Below, in pieces: positions 21,307 through 32,331 of a stretch of 64,000 nt of DNA. Both the position numbers and the translations under genes were made by a program. Numbering within the stretch: the stretch's first letter is position 1; each line of letters opens with the position of its first letter. Source of the stretch: a virus (Duplodnaviria > Heunggongvirae > Uroviricota > Caudoviricetes); IMG/VR virus record IMGVR_UViG_3300031992_004563, positions 201,798-265,797 of that record, one strand, 5' to 3'. The notes under the pieces are model-generated. The model was given only the letters and a program-made list of their open reading frames with translations, made no database searches and was not told the DNA's origin.

Positions 21307-24159
21307 ATGGCTGATACCGTACAAGGAAAAGCAGTTTATAGTGGCATAATGAATCGTTGGATTTTTGGCGCAACAGCTGATGGCAGAAAATCTTCAATTT
21401 TTAAAGATGGCTATGACGATCCAACATATATGACATTTAAAGTTGAGTTTGGAGAATGGGGCGCATCTGTTTTGGATAGATCAATTGTTCAAAATGGATT
21501 AACTGAATTTGGCTTATCGTTTAATGACTATGACCAATTACCAGTTGGTTTATTAAATTGTCCATATGAAGGCAGTAATAACCAAGATGAATATTGGCAA
21601 ACAAACACAGATTATAAAGTTTTTAATAACACAAAATTTTATAGTGCGTTTCAATATCTTCGTTCAAGAAATGAAGATACACGTGCAAAATACTTATATT
21701 ATTTTGTTAATGGTTTATATGAAATTCAACATGATTACCCATTTGTATTTAAAAAAATATCTGGTATAAACGAATTAGAAAAATTTGATCCTGTTTCTGG
21801 ATAGCGTTTAAAAGGGCCTGTAAAAATAACATTAGAGTGTTATGAAGGATTAGATTTAAAAATTAGAACATTATTTGAATTTTATAGAAAAGCTGCATGG
21901 GATGATGTATATCAAAGATGGATTCTTCCAGAGAATATGCGTGAATTCAAAATGATTATTTATATTTTTGAAAGACGTGTATTTTAGGATACTGAAATGT
22001 TTACAGTAGATGATCAAAAACATATGAAAATGAGTTTTGGTAAATTAAATGCAGATATTCCAGTAAAAGCATATGAATGTATGCCATGTGAATTTAGTAT
22101 TGGTGATTCAATATCATGGAATGGAGAGTATGGTTCAGCTCTTGAAAATTCAGAAGAATCTTCAAAATTAGTTATTAATGTTAAAAATGTAAAAACATAC
22201 TTTAAAAATAATTTATTTAATGATGAATTATCAAAAGTATACAATAATAATGGTAAATCCGGTAATAATTTATAGGATAGAATTGATTCCATTATGATAT
22301 ATGATTTAGTCGAAGAAATGGAACGCAACAATGGTAAGATAAATGAGGCTGAGAATATTACAGAATATAGTTCAACAAATTTCACTAATATGACTGTTAA
22401 TGGAGTTAAAGCAATGTTTTTAGATAAACGAATATTACTTGAAACTGGTGAAGGCAATCTTAATATTAAATCTTATGTATGGGGTAATAGTGCAGCTGGT
22501 GCATTCTATTCAGATGGTGATAAAGTTAGTAAAGTTAATGAAGGCCGTAGAGATTATACATTAAGCTGGTTAGAAGATAATACACCATATCGTGGTGGAT
22601 GGGTATTTTCATTAACATCCGGCCCAACATATGATGAAAACAAATCATTTTGGAGTAATTTAGGTGATAATATTAAAAATGTAATAACAGGCACACGTAG
22701 ATTAATATTAATGTCTGGTGCAGCAAATCTTCAAATTATACCAAATTGCTTAATTGACAGTATTTTTATTCCACCTCATGTATTTGATGCAATTGATTAT
22801 TATGATAATGGATTTGGATATTTAAAACCAAAAGACTTACATATGAAATCAAGAGAAATAGATGAATAGAGTTATCTTGAAATTGAAGAAGAACGTTATG
22901 TACCAGATCAGAATTTTGGTGAATTGACATCAAGAGATATATCTGAACAACAATATAAAGATATAGAGCCAGAACGTGAAATACCTAAATAGGAATATAA
23001 GGATTTAGAACCTGAAAGAGTAATTCCTAAACAATAGTTTGATGAATTATCATCAAGAACGGTTCCAAAACAATCTTTTAATGAACTTAAACCTGAAAGA
23101 GTAATTCCACCTCAAGACTTTGGAACATTATCTAATAGAATTATATTACCACAAAGTTTTAAGCCTTTGGAAGAGCCAAGAGATATTCCTAAATAGGATT
23201 ATCGTAACTTAGACCCTGAACGCAATTTACCAGAATAGAGATTTGAAAACTTAGATCCTGAACGTGATTTACCAGAACAAAAATATAAAGAACTCGATAA
23301 AGAAAGAGATCTTCCAGAATAGAAATTTAAAGACTTAGAAAAAGAAAGAAATACTGATAGTGAATTAATGAATTTATTATTGGTTGCTCGTTCATTACCA
23401 GGATTCAAAGATTTGACAATTGAAGATGTTAGAAAAATTCCAAAACAAGATTTATTGGAATTAAAAGATGCAGAAGAACGCTCAATGCCAGCGTTTAAAG
23501 CAGATCAATCTGTTTTATTAAATTCTGTTAAAGATATAGAAGGCTCAAATGTAAAATTATTAGAATTAGATAAAGATAATAAAACATTTGAAGAAAGAGC
23601 ATTAGAACTTCTTAAATAGAATTAGGCATTATCTAAATTTGAATTAAGCGAAACTGACAAAGAATCACCAGATGAAAAAGCTGAAAAATTAAAGAAACTA
23701 ACAATATTCACTAAAGATTTTGTTGAAAATTCTGATAAAGTTAGACAAGCATATGTTAATAATATATTGGAAATGAAAAATGATTTAAGAGAAACAACAA
23801 TTGACATCATTAATCATCTTCCACAAAATGATACATATATTATTAAAGAAAGAGAAGTTAATAAAGAACCATCATATTTAAATGATGTTATGGTAAGTCA
23901 AAATGATATTGACCAAATAAATCATAATATGAAATTCTTAGCTATTAATGATAAAGATGTTGAAAAGCTATCATTCCAAACATTAATAAGTATACAAGAT
24001 GAATTATCTGATGCTGTTCAACGTTCACATGCAGTTAATGGATTAACAGAAATCATTAAAAATAGTGTAGCAACAAATCCAGATAAATCAATTAGAAATG
24101 CTGCAAAGGAATCTGTTATTAAAGAACAAAAGAAAGATAAAATGAAAGTTATATATTAA
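21307..24159 (+). CDS. Virion structural protein, tail-tube/baseplate-like N-terminus with internal tandem repeats (950 aa, code 15)
   Basis: Five track fragments share one frame, joined by TAG only; ends TAA 24157-24159. Confidence 0.65.
22867..23352 (+). repeat. About 12 degenerate 12-14 aa coding repeats (Qx[FY]xxLxPERxxPx)
   Basis: PE*RF (TAG 23236), PEQKY (CAA 23278), PE*KF (TAG 23320). Confidence 0.85.
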
Positions 24160-24213
24160 TATAGAAAATAAATAATAAAAGATATAAAAATAAAAATTAA
24201 TCATGCAAGGCGT

Positions 24214-25995
24214 ATGGCTAAAAATTTAAAATTAATTAAAGGGTTATCAAATAGCCCACTTAAAAAACTAAATGAAGGTTAGGTTTTAAAAAATCCTGAC
24301 AAATATGTGTTTGAAGGCGTATTTACACAATGTTCTACACCAGATCATAAAATTGTAAATCGTAATGGACGTATCTATATGGAAAACGAGGTGCTTCGCC
24401 ACCTTGGTTATCTTCGTGATATGATCAAAGAAAACAATGGACGTATTCTTGGTGAATTAGATCACCCTGAAGGACGTTTTGAAGTTTCTATGAAAGAAGC
24501 ATCACATATGATTACCGATTTATGGTATGATCAAAATACACACTGTGTAATGGGTAGACTTGAAGTTCTTGATACTCCTAATGGTAAAACATTAAAATCA
24601 TTAATTGAAGCAGGTTTCCCATTATATGTTTCTTCTAGAGCAGCAGGTGATGTTGATACAAAAACAAAAGAAGTTGAAATTGCACAAATTTTTACTTATG
24701 ATGTTGTTTGTACTCCTGGTTTTAAAGAAGCAAGACTTGAAAGAGTTAATGAATCTTTATTGACAGATGCAGCATTAAAATATATTAATGAATCTGCAGG
24801 TCAAAATGAAAAAACTAAAAAAATGAAATCAATTGATGTTCCAATGGAAGTTGTAAATGAAAGTGAAGTATCTAAATTTAATGATACAAAATTAGAAGAT
24901 GTAACTACTCCTCTTAATGAAGACGAAGAAGTTTCTGAAGAAAATAATTTAAATGATGATGTTAAGAAATTCTTACCAATTATGAATACATCTGGTTCCA
25001 ATAATACTATTAAGGAAGAAGATGAAACATCTGAAGAAGAAAATAAAGAAGAATCTTCTGAAGAAAATAAAGAATCTGATGAAAATTCAGAAGAAAATAA
25101 AGAGGAAGATAATAAAGAAGAAATTGGAGACGACGATGAAGAAAAGAAAGAATTAACCGATGAAGAAAAAGAAGCTAATCGTGAAAAAATCGTAACAGTT
25201 GAAGGTTTTGATGCAGATGGCAACAAACTCGGAGATTCTGAAGAAGACAAAAAAGAAGATATTGAAAACATTGAAGGTGAAACTGATGAAAATTCTGAAG
25301 AATCATCTAAAGAAGAAAATAAAGAAGAATCTTCTGAAGAAAATAAAGAAGAAACAAATGAAGAAGATGAAGCCAATGAAGATGTAGAAAATGAAACTGC
25401 AAAGGCTGAAGAAAAATCTGCTAAATTAAAAAAAGATACTGATAAAGATGTTGCTGAATTAGAATCTATTCTTGCAAGTGTTAAAAAGAAAGAAGAAGTT
25501 AAAGAATCTATTATTGAACGCTATCCATTTGCTGGAGCATTAACAGAATCTAATTTTGCTAAATTTGCTGCTCTTCGTCCAAAACTTAAAAAACGTGTTT
25601 TAGACTTCATTAATGAACATGAAATTTATGATGTTCAATCTATTAATGAATTATGGATGGCTCCATTAACAGAAGAAAAGAAAGTTCAACAAAACTGGTT
25701 AAAACTTGCTTCACAATCTGATATTGATTTATATGTTTCTGCTCCTGTAGAAGTTCAAAATGCTATTGAAGAACAAGCTCAATTATTCCCAATGGAAACT
25801 GAAGCTGAAGTAGATGCATTCTGGAATATGACAGGTTTAAGACAACAAGCAATGCGTAAACAAATGAATGAAAGATTAGTTAATGATTATAATGCATTTG
25901 TTACAGAAGTTAATGAATCAGTTGAAGCAAATCTTGGTTATGACCCATACTTAATTAGAGCAACTGAACTTATGTTAAATGAAGATGAATTTTAA
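24214..25995 (+). CDS. Prohead core protease (T4 gp21-like) fused to acidic scaffold-like region (593 aa, code 15)
   Basis: NRNGRIY, LGELDHP, VSSRAAG, TYDVVCTPGF. ATG 24214 with a single TAG at 24280; long Glu-rich linker. Confidence 0.88.
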
Positions 25996-26016
25996 TAAAA
26001 TATAATTATTAGACTT

Positions 26017-26271
26017 ATGAAACAAGATAATAAAAAACTATATGAAAGCATAATGTCTTCAGTTGCCAAAGAAGTTAAAAAATCAATAAATGAAATATGG
26101 ATTTGTAGAGCAAAAATTGGCAATGTTCTTGAAGTTGAATTACGTTATGATGGACATTTCTTTTGGCATACACCAGAAGATAGTGATTGGGAACGATTTG
26201 AATCAATGGAAGATTGGGAAATTAATATAGACGAAATGCCTGAAAGATTTTTTATTAAAATTGGTGAATAA
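26017..26271 (+). CDS. Small protein with leader family A (KKLYESIMSSVAKEVKKSINE); putative internal head protein
   Basis: Leader nearly identical to those of 47957 and 48801; directly after protease gene. Confidence 0.7.
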   Translation: MKQDNKKLYESIMSSVAKEVKKSINEIWICRAKIGNVLEVELRYDGHFFWHTPEDSDWERFESMEDWEINIDEMPERFFIKIGE

Positions 26272-26276
26272 TATTT

Positions 26277-26305
26277 AAAAAGGAGGAATTTAAGTTCCTC
26301 CTTTT
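26277..26305. terminator. Bidirectional terminator
   Basis: aaaaggaggaa-tttaag-ttcctcctttt between convergent genes. Confidence 0.8.
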
Positions 26306-26309
26306 ATTT

Positions 26310-26753
26310 TTAATATCTTTGCAAAACTAAAAATACTTTTTCAAGAATTTTTCTCAAATTGAAATATATATGAGAATCTTCCAAATCATCATTTACAAAA
26401 TCAAAAAATTTATATCCAACAACTTCAGGAACTTCTTTTCCATATTGATTTTCAAAAAATGATGTGCATTTGCAATCATTTATATCAAATTTCTTTTCGC
26501 AATAGAAAATATCAATTTCATCTTTTCCATAAGGAAAATTACCAAGAAATGTTAATTCTGTTGGATCAACCTCTATGCCTGCCTCTTCTTTAGCTTCTCT
26601 AATAGCAGTATCTTCCAAAAGCTCACCTTCTTCCCAATGGCCTTTTGGAATGTCATATATATTACCTGGAAGGGATTTGCCCCATCCTTGCTCAAGTAAA
26701 ATTAGGTTAGTACCATATTTACGAATAATTATTCCAGCTCTTTTATTTCCCAT
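26310..26753 (-). CDS. NUDIX hydrolase
   Basis: PKGHWEEGELLEDTAIREAKEEAGI Nudix box. Confidence 0.92.
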   Translation of the reverse strand: MGNKRAGIIIRKYGTNLILLEQGWGKSLPGNIYDIPKGHWEEGELLEDTAIREAKEEAGIEVDPTELTFLGNFPYGKDEIDIFYCEKKFDINDCKCTSFFENQYGKEVPEVVGYKFFDFVNDDLEDSHIYFNLRKILEKVFLVLQRY

Positions 26754-26756
26754 AAT

Positions 26757-27266
26757 TTATTTACCTACATATGTTTCAACAAAATCTATATTAATTCCAA
26801 TAATATTATTATCATTTTCAAAATCCATAAGTGTTGGTACACAATTATGTAATTTAAAAATCATTTCACTAACTGTATCTAAATATGGATCATTTTCAAA
26901 AACCAAAGTTTTTGTAGGTTTATCAATAAATGCTAATTCCCCTTCTGATACTATATCACTTTTGAATCCTATACATTTTCTATATGAATCAAATGATTCA
27001 ATTAACTGTGCACACTTTTCTTTAGATTCAATTTTACATCTAAACATTTCAAATGAAACAGGATGTACTGGATTATTTTTTCTTTGAACATCCCATAATT
27101 TTGAAATATCTACATTTGTATAATGATCTGTTTCATATCCACAAAACTCATCATCTTCATCATACATTGGCTTATCATAATGAATAACAGTATAATCAAA
27201 TGCAATAGGCATAACTATTGAAGTTTTGCCATTTTGATGTTTTAATTTCAATTCCAAATTTTTCAT
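26757..27266 (-). CDS. Hypothetical protein
   Basis: 169 aa ORF in operon. Confidence 0.7.
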   Translation of the reverse strand: MKNLELKLKHQNGKTSIVMPIAFDYTVIHYDKPMYDEDDEFCGYETDHYTNVDISKLWDVQRKNNPVHPVSFEMFRCKIESKEKCAQLIESFDSYRKCIGFKSDIVSEGELAFIDKPTKTLVFENDPYLDTVSEMIFKLHNCVPTLMDFENDNNIIGINIDFVETYVGK

Positions 27267-27283
27267 AATTATTTCCTTTATTT

Positions 27284-27496
27284 TTAACGATGAGGGATTC
27301 CACCAGGTGTCATTGCATTTTCGACTATATGATGTTTTTCATATTCATCATTAAACCAAATTCGTGATCTACATATTGGACAAATCATATAATGGCCATC
27401 ATCACTATCATAAATGTCATCTTTTGTAATTTCATCCATTACTGAATCACATTTTGGACATCTAACTTTACCCCAGTTATTTTCAAGTAGTCTCAT
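27284..27496 (-). CDS. Small zinc-ribbon protein
   Basis: CPKC...CPIC. Confidence 0.65.
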   Translation of the reverse strand: MRLLENNWGKVRCPKCDSVMDEITKDDIYDSDDGHYMICPICRSRIWFNDEYEKHHIVENAMTPGGIPHR

Positions 27497-28014
27497 ATTA
27501 ATTTATTTTCAATTAAATATTTCATTATATAGTCACATGCATCTACATTATCTAATTCAATGTATGCAATATTATTTTTATCCATTATTTCTTTGTATTT
27601 ATTATCTAGTCTTTCCGCTTCTTCTTTGGTTTCAATTCTTCCATTTTGTTCGTATTCTTGTTTTCTATGAATAAGAATATTTAAATTATTAAATTTTTTA
27701 AATTGTTTTAAAACCAATCCATCAAAATATTCATCACGCTCTCCATAAACTAAAGAATTAAGAAGTGAACAATCTGTTACAATTATATCAACTTTATCTT
27801 TTAATACAAATAATTTATGAAGTTGTTTTGCAAAAATGTAAATTTGATCATCCATACAGTGAAATGATTCTTCATATACTTTGCATTTAACCCATTCTGA
27901 TGATAATTCTACATTACACTAAAGTTTCTTTAGACCATAAAACAATCCAGATGCGGCTGTAGATTTTCCACACCCTGGTCCACCAATTAAATTTATAATT
28001 AAAGGCTTTTCCAT
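27493..28014 (-). CDS. P-loop NTPase/kinase (AAA_28, NadR-like) (173 aa, code 15)
   Basis: Read-through of one TAG restores the N-terminal IINLIGGPGCGKSTAA Walker A; IVTDCSLL. Confidence 0.8.
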
Positions 28015-28108
28015 AATTGCTTTATTTTATTATAATACATAAAAAATAAAAGTTTTCATTAATTATAGTCTTAATTATAGTCATTAATTATAATAAATAT
28101 ATTGAAAT

Positions 28109-28948
28109 ATGAAAAACTATAAATAGATATTAGAAGCTATTAATAAAGGCATTAAGTTAGCACTAGATGATTATGAAGATATAAAAAATAATAGTTCTAT
28201 ATCTCAACATAATGATATAATAGATAGTGAAGATGTCATTAAATAGAAATACGATTTATTAAAAGAATTAGTTGATTTAGGACTTCCTTCAGGAACTTTA
28301 TGGTTTAACTATAATTATGGAGTTGATTGTAAAAAAGTTTTTGAATACAATAAACCTGAGGATTTTTATGGATTATTTTTATCATGGGGAGAGAAAAATA
28401 TTAAACGATAGTATGATTGGTATACATACACATATTGCAAATATCCTCAAAGAGAAAAAAGAAAATTAACAAAATATTGTAATTTAGAGGAATATTGGCC
28501 TTTGAAATCTGATATAGATAATTTAACGATGTTAGAATCACAGGATGATGTTATTACGCATGTATATGGTTCAGGATATCATATCCCTACAATAGATCAA
28601 TATAATGAATTGTTACAATATACCGAATCGTTTCCAGTTGAAGATTATTTAAGAATTCATGGATTGAATGGAAGAATATTTAAAAGTAAAATAAATGAAA
28701 ATTAGATATTTTTTCCATATAATGGTATAAAAAGTGGTAGTACATATTTAGGAAAAAGATGGAATGAATGTTTTCTTTAGACATCAAATATATCATTAAA
28801 AAATCCTTTGTGCTGTAAGGTATTTCATTTTTATGCTTCAAACGATTCAAATGAAATGAATGGGTGTTTAAATAAAATTGGTTTCGGTCAACAAAGATGT
28901 TTAGGTCTAGGAATCCGTGGAGTTTTTAATAAAAATTTAATTAAATAA
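28109..28948 (+). CDS. Leader family B + FISUMP/C-type-lectin-like domain, paralog 1 (279 aa, code 15)
   Basis: MKNYKQILEAINKGIKLALDDYED...VDLGLPSGTLW...SWGE...IPTIDQYNELL...QRCLGLGIRGV. Confidence 0.75.
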
Positions 28949-28950
28949 AC

Positions 28951-29718
28951 ATGTTATTAAATGAAGTAGAAGAAATATATGATAGCATTTCGCCTGCACA
29001 AATAAATTTAAAATCTTTTGAAACTAAAGAATCTCTTAATCCAAAATTATGGAATGAAAATGGTGAATTAGAACCAAAAATTAGAAAACGCTTATTAACT
29101 ATTGCTATGGATTTTTATGATTCATTGAATATAGAAACACTTCCTAAAGATATTATAATTGTTGGTTCTAATGCAGGCTATAATTGGTCAAAATATTCTG
29201 ATATTGATCTCCATATTTTATTAGATTTTGATGAAATTAATGATAACACTGCGCTTTTAAAAAACTATTTTGGTGCTAAAAAGATTACATGGTCTAGCCA
29301 ACATAATATAACTATTCGTGGATATGAAGTTGAGTTATATGTTCAAAATATTCATGATGAAAATGCAAGTGATGGTATTTATTCATTAATTAAAAATGAA
29401 TGGCTTCAAATTCCTCATGCAAAAGATATTAGATTAGATAAAAAACTTATTACTCATTAGGCTGCAAAAATAATTAATTTAATAGATAAATATTTAGAAG
29501 AACCTATTCAAGATTTAAACAAGAATGATCTAGAGAAACTTTACATTAAGAGTGATAAACTATATAAACTAATATTTCAAAACCGTCGAGATGGAATTGC
29601 ACAATTTGGAGAAAGTGCAACACCAAATATAGTGTTTAAAGTTCTTAGAAGAAGTGGACATTTAGAAGCATTACGTCAATTAAAATTTAAAATTTATGAC
29701 AAATTAGAAAGTCTATGA
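28951..29718 (+). CDS. Pol-beta-superfamily nucleotidyltransferase (255 aa, code 15)
   Basis: GSNAGYNWSKYSDIDLHI (GS..DxD), VELYVQ; one TAG at 29458-29460, ends TGA. Confidence 0.75.
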
Positions 29719-30533
29719 AACTAACTAAACATATATTAGAAGCTATCAATAGAGGCATTTAGTTGGCACTAGATGACATTGAGGATAATGAACCAATTAA
29801 CCCATTATCTCAACATAATGATGTCATAGATAGTGAAGATGTTATAAAAAATAGAATAGAATTAGATAAAATAGTTGTCGATTTAGGGCTACCATCTGGA
29901 ACACTATGGTGCAAATATAATCTTGGTGTTAATCAAAATTAGTTACTTAAACCAGAAGATTGGTATGGAGATTATTATGCATGGGGCGAAATTGAGTCAA
30001 AACCAAAAAATATTAGAAAAACAAGTTGGACAAATTATAAATTTTGTAAAGCTCTTGATTAGCAAAATCGTCCTATTTTCACAAAATATATAACAAAATA
30101 TGAAAAAGATCATGGGCATGATATATCATATTTAGATAATTTAACTACATTATTACCAGAAGATGATGCAGCATATCAATATGATAACAGAATGAAAATA
30201 CCATCAGATGAATAGTTTGATGAGTTAGTTGATAATTTAACAGGCGAATGGAAACTTGGATATAATGGCATTAAAGGATTAAATGGAATGCTTTATAAAA
30301 GTGAAAATGGTAATGAAATATTTTTCCCTGCTGCCGGATGTATTTCAATTGATGGTAATGGAATTATTGGACAATCTGCATGTTTATATACAAACAAAAT
30401 TTCTTCATTAAATTTAAAAGCAAGATATGCCGAAATGTGGGGAAGTCAATTTAGTTGTAATGATATTATAACAGATGTTGATGGATTTAGATATAGAGCG
30501 TTATCAATAAGACCAGTATTAATTAAAAAATGA
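29715..30533 (+). CDS. Leader family B + FISUMP/CLec-like domain, paralog 2 (272 aa, code 15)
   Basis: VDLGLPSGTLWCKYNLG, YYAWGE, PEDDAA, IFFPAAG, LSIRPV; ATGA overlap with NTase. Confidence 0.78.
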
Positions 30534-31312
30534 AAAATTATAATAAAATATTAGAAGCAGTAAATAAAGGTATTTAGTTAGCGCTAGATGACTTTGAAGA
30601 TAATGAGCCAAATAGTTCATTATCACAAAAGAGTGATATCATAAACACTGAAGATACCATTAAAAAGAAAATAGATTTAATGAAAGATTTTATTGATTTA
30701 GGTTTGCCATCTAAAACTTTATGGGCTAAATATAATGTTGGAGTTAATCCTAATTAGTTATCTAATGCCAAAGATTGGTATGGAAATTATTATGCATTTG
30801 GTGAGATAGAAACAAAAGATGAATATACGTTAAATAACTATAAATGGTATGATGAATCTAAAGGAAGATTTGAAATGTTAAAATATAATTATCAATATGT
30901 ATTAGATTTAAAAGATGATATAGCAAACTTAACAAATAATAAATTTAAAACTCCAGATAAAGACCAATTTAAAGAATTATTACATTATACATCTCATTAG
31001 TTTGTTCAAAATTATAATAGAATATATGGGTTGAATGGTGTAGTATTCAAAAATAATAATGCAGAATTATTTTTACCTGCTGCTGGTCATTATTGTAATA
31101 AATAGTTATGTGCTAAAGGACACTATGGATTATATTGGACATAGAATTCTGGAAATCCTGGAAATGCATGGAATTTATTTTTCTCTGGGAGTCCAAAAGA
31201 TACATTTATATCAATAGAAAAATATTATAAAGAAGATAGGATTGAGTTATCATTAGGTGATAGATGCCAAGGATATACTATTAGACCAGTATTAAATTAT
31301 GAAACTAACTAA
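30530..31312 (+). CDS. Leader family B + FISUMP/CLec-like domain, paralog 3 (260 aa, code 15)
   Basis: IDLGLPSKTLWAKYNVG, LFLPAAG, YWT, DRCQGYTIRPV. Confidence 0.78.
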
Positions 31313-32060
31313 ACATATATTAGAAGCTGTTAACCGAGGTATCTAGTTAGCTTTAGATGACTTTGAAGATAATGAACCAAATAGTTCATTATCACAAAAG
31401 AGTGATATCATAAACACTGAAGATGTCATTAAATAGAAAATAGATTTAATGAGAGATTTTGTTGATTTAGGTTTGCCATCTAAAACTTTATGGGCTAAAT
31501 ATAATTTAGGTGTTGATTCAAAAAATAATAGAATGTTAAGATTTTCCAAAAATTGGAAAGGCGAGTATTATGCATGGGGTGAAACACAGCCTAATATTGG
31601 GTCAAAATGGTCAATATATAAATTTTCAGCTGCAGGATATGCTCAATTAACTAAATATTGCACAGATTCAAATTTTGGAATGTTAGGTTTTAATGATGGA
31701 TTAGATTAGTTGCTTCCTGAAGATGATATAGTTACAATAACATTAGGAAAACATTTTCATATTCCAACAAAAGAACAATGGGAAGAATTAATAAAATACA
31801 CAACAACATATTGGACAGATAATTATAAAGGAATCAAAGGTTTAGCTGGTAGAGTTTTTGTAAGTGATGAGGTTGATAATGAAATATTCATTCCAAAATA
31901 TGAATAGTATACTGATACATGCTATAGTATGTCATCGAATATTTCAAAAATAAAACCATTTAGATCATATATACTTACAGCTTCTAAAGATTATGGGCTT
32001 CCAAATTTAACACCAAATTCTAGAGTAGACTTAATGCCAATACGCCCAGTGTATAATTAA
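31299..32060 (+). CDS. Leader family B + FISUMP/CLec-like domain, paralog 4 (253 aa, code 15)
   Basis: VDLGLPSKTLWAKYNLG, YYAWGE, PEDD, IPTKEQWEEL, MPIRPV. Confidence 0.78.
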
Positions 32061-32067
32061 TAAAAGA

Positions 32068-32097
32068 AAAGAGAGATTCAATTTAGAACCTCTCTTA
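32068..32097. terminator. Terminator between paralog array and ncRNA
   Basis: aagagag...ctctctt inverted repeat with A/T tails. Confidence 0.55.
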
Positions 32098-32102
32098 TTT
32101 TA

Positions 32103-32295
32103 TTTAGCGGAAGGTATATGGTCCTTGTGGGTATTCGTTTCCATAATTTTGTAAATTATAGTCGTAATAGGAACCTTGACTGATTCTGGACCTTGACCAA
32201 ACTTTCTTTAAGCTGCCTGCTACTGTACTTCACTAGGTTTTTAAGGCTTAAATGAACACCCAAACAAGTTTGGCCTCACAGTATACTATGCCAAA
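32103..32295 (-). ncRNA. Putative 193-nt rod-shaped RNA with 6S-like architecture
   Basis: 5'/3' end pairing, a 13-bp internal helix with G-U pairs only on the minus strand, an A/U-rich central bubble, TAAATA 6 nt upstream, a hairpin downstream and no credible ORF. Confidence 0.5.
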
Positions 32296-32331
32296 TTTTT
32301 ATATTTATTATAGACAATATTCTGAAAAAGT

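Noticed and set aside
24801-25376. 191-aa Ser-rich minus-strand ORF
   Set aside because: Antisense shadow of the Glu-rich scaffold region (GAA codons read as TTC/TCT)
28061-28092. Short tandem repeat (ttaattatagtc x2.5) upstream of the paralog array
   Set aside because: Low complexity in very AT-rich DNA; cannot support an operator or iteron role from sequence alone
28109-32060. Active diversity-generating retroelement acting on the lectin-like paralogs
   Set aside because: No reverse transcriptase and no near-identical VR/TR pair differing at adenines in this window; C-termini differ at all base types
32103-32295. tmRNA, tRNA, group I intron or small ORF
   Set aside because: No tRNA-like acceptor/T-arm or CCA end, too short for tmRNA, no convincing P7 pairing, not inside a gene; the only ATG ORF is 14 codons
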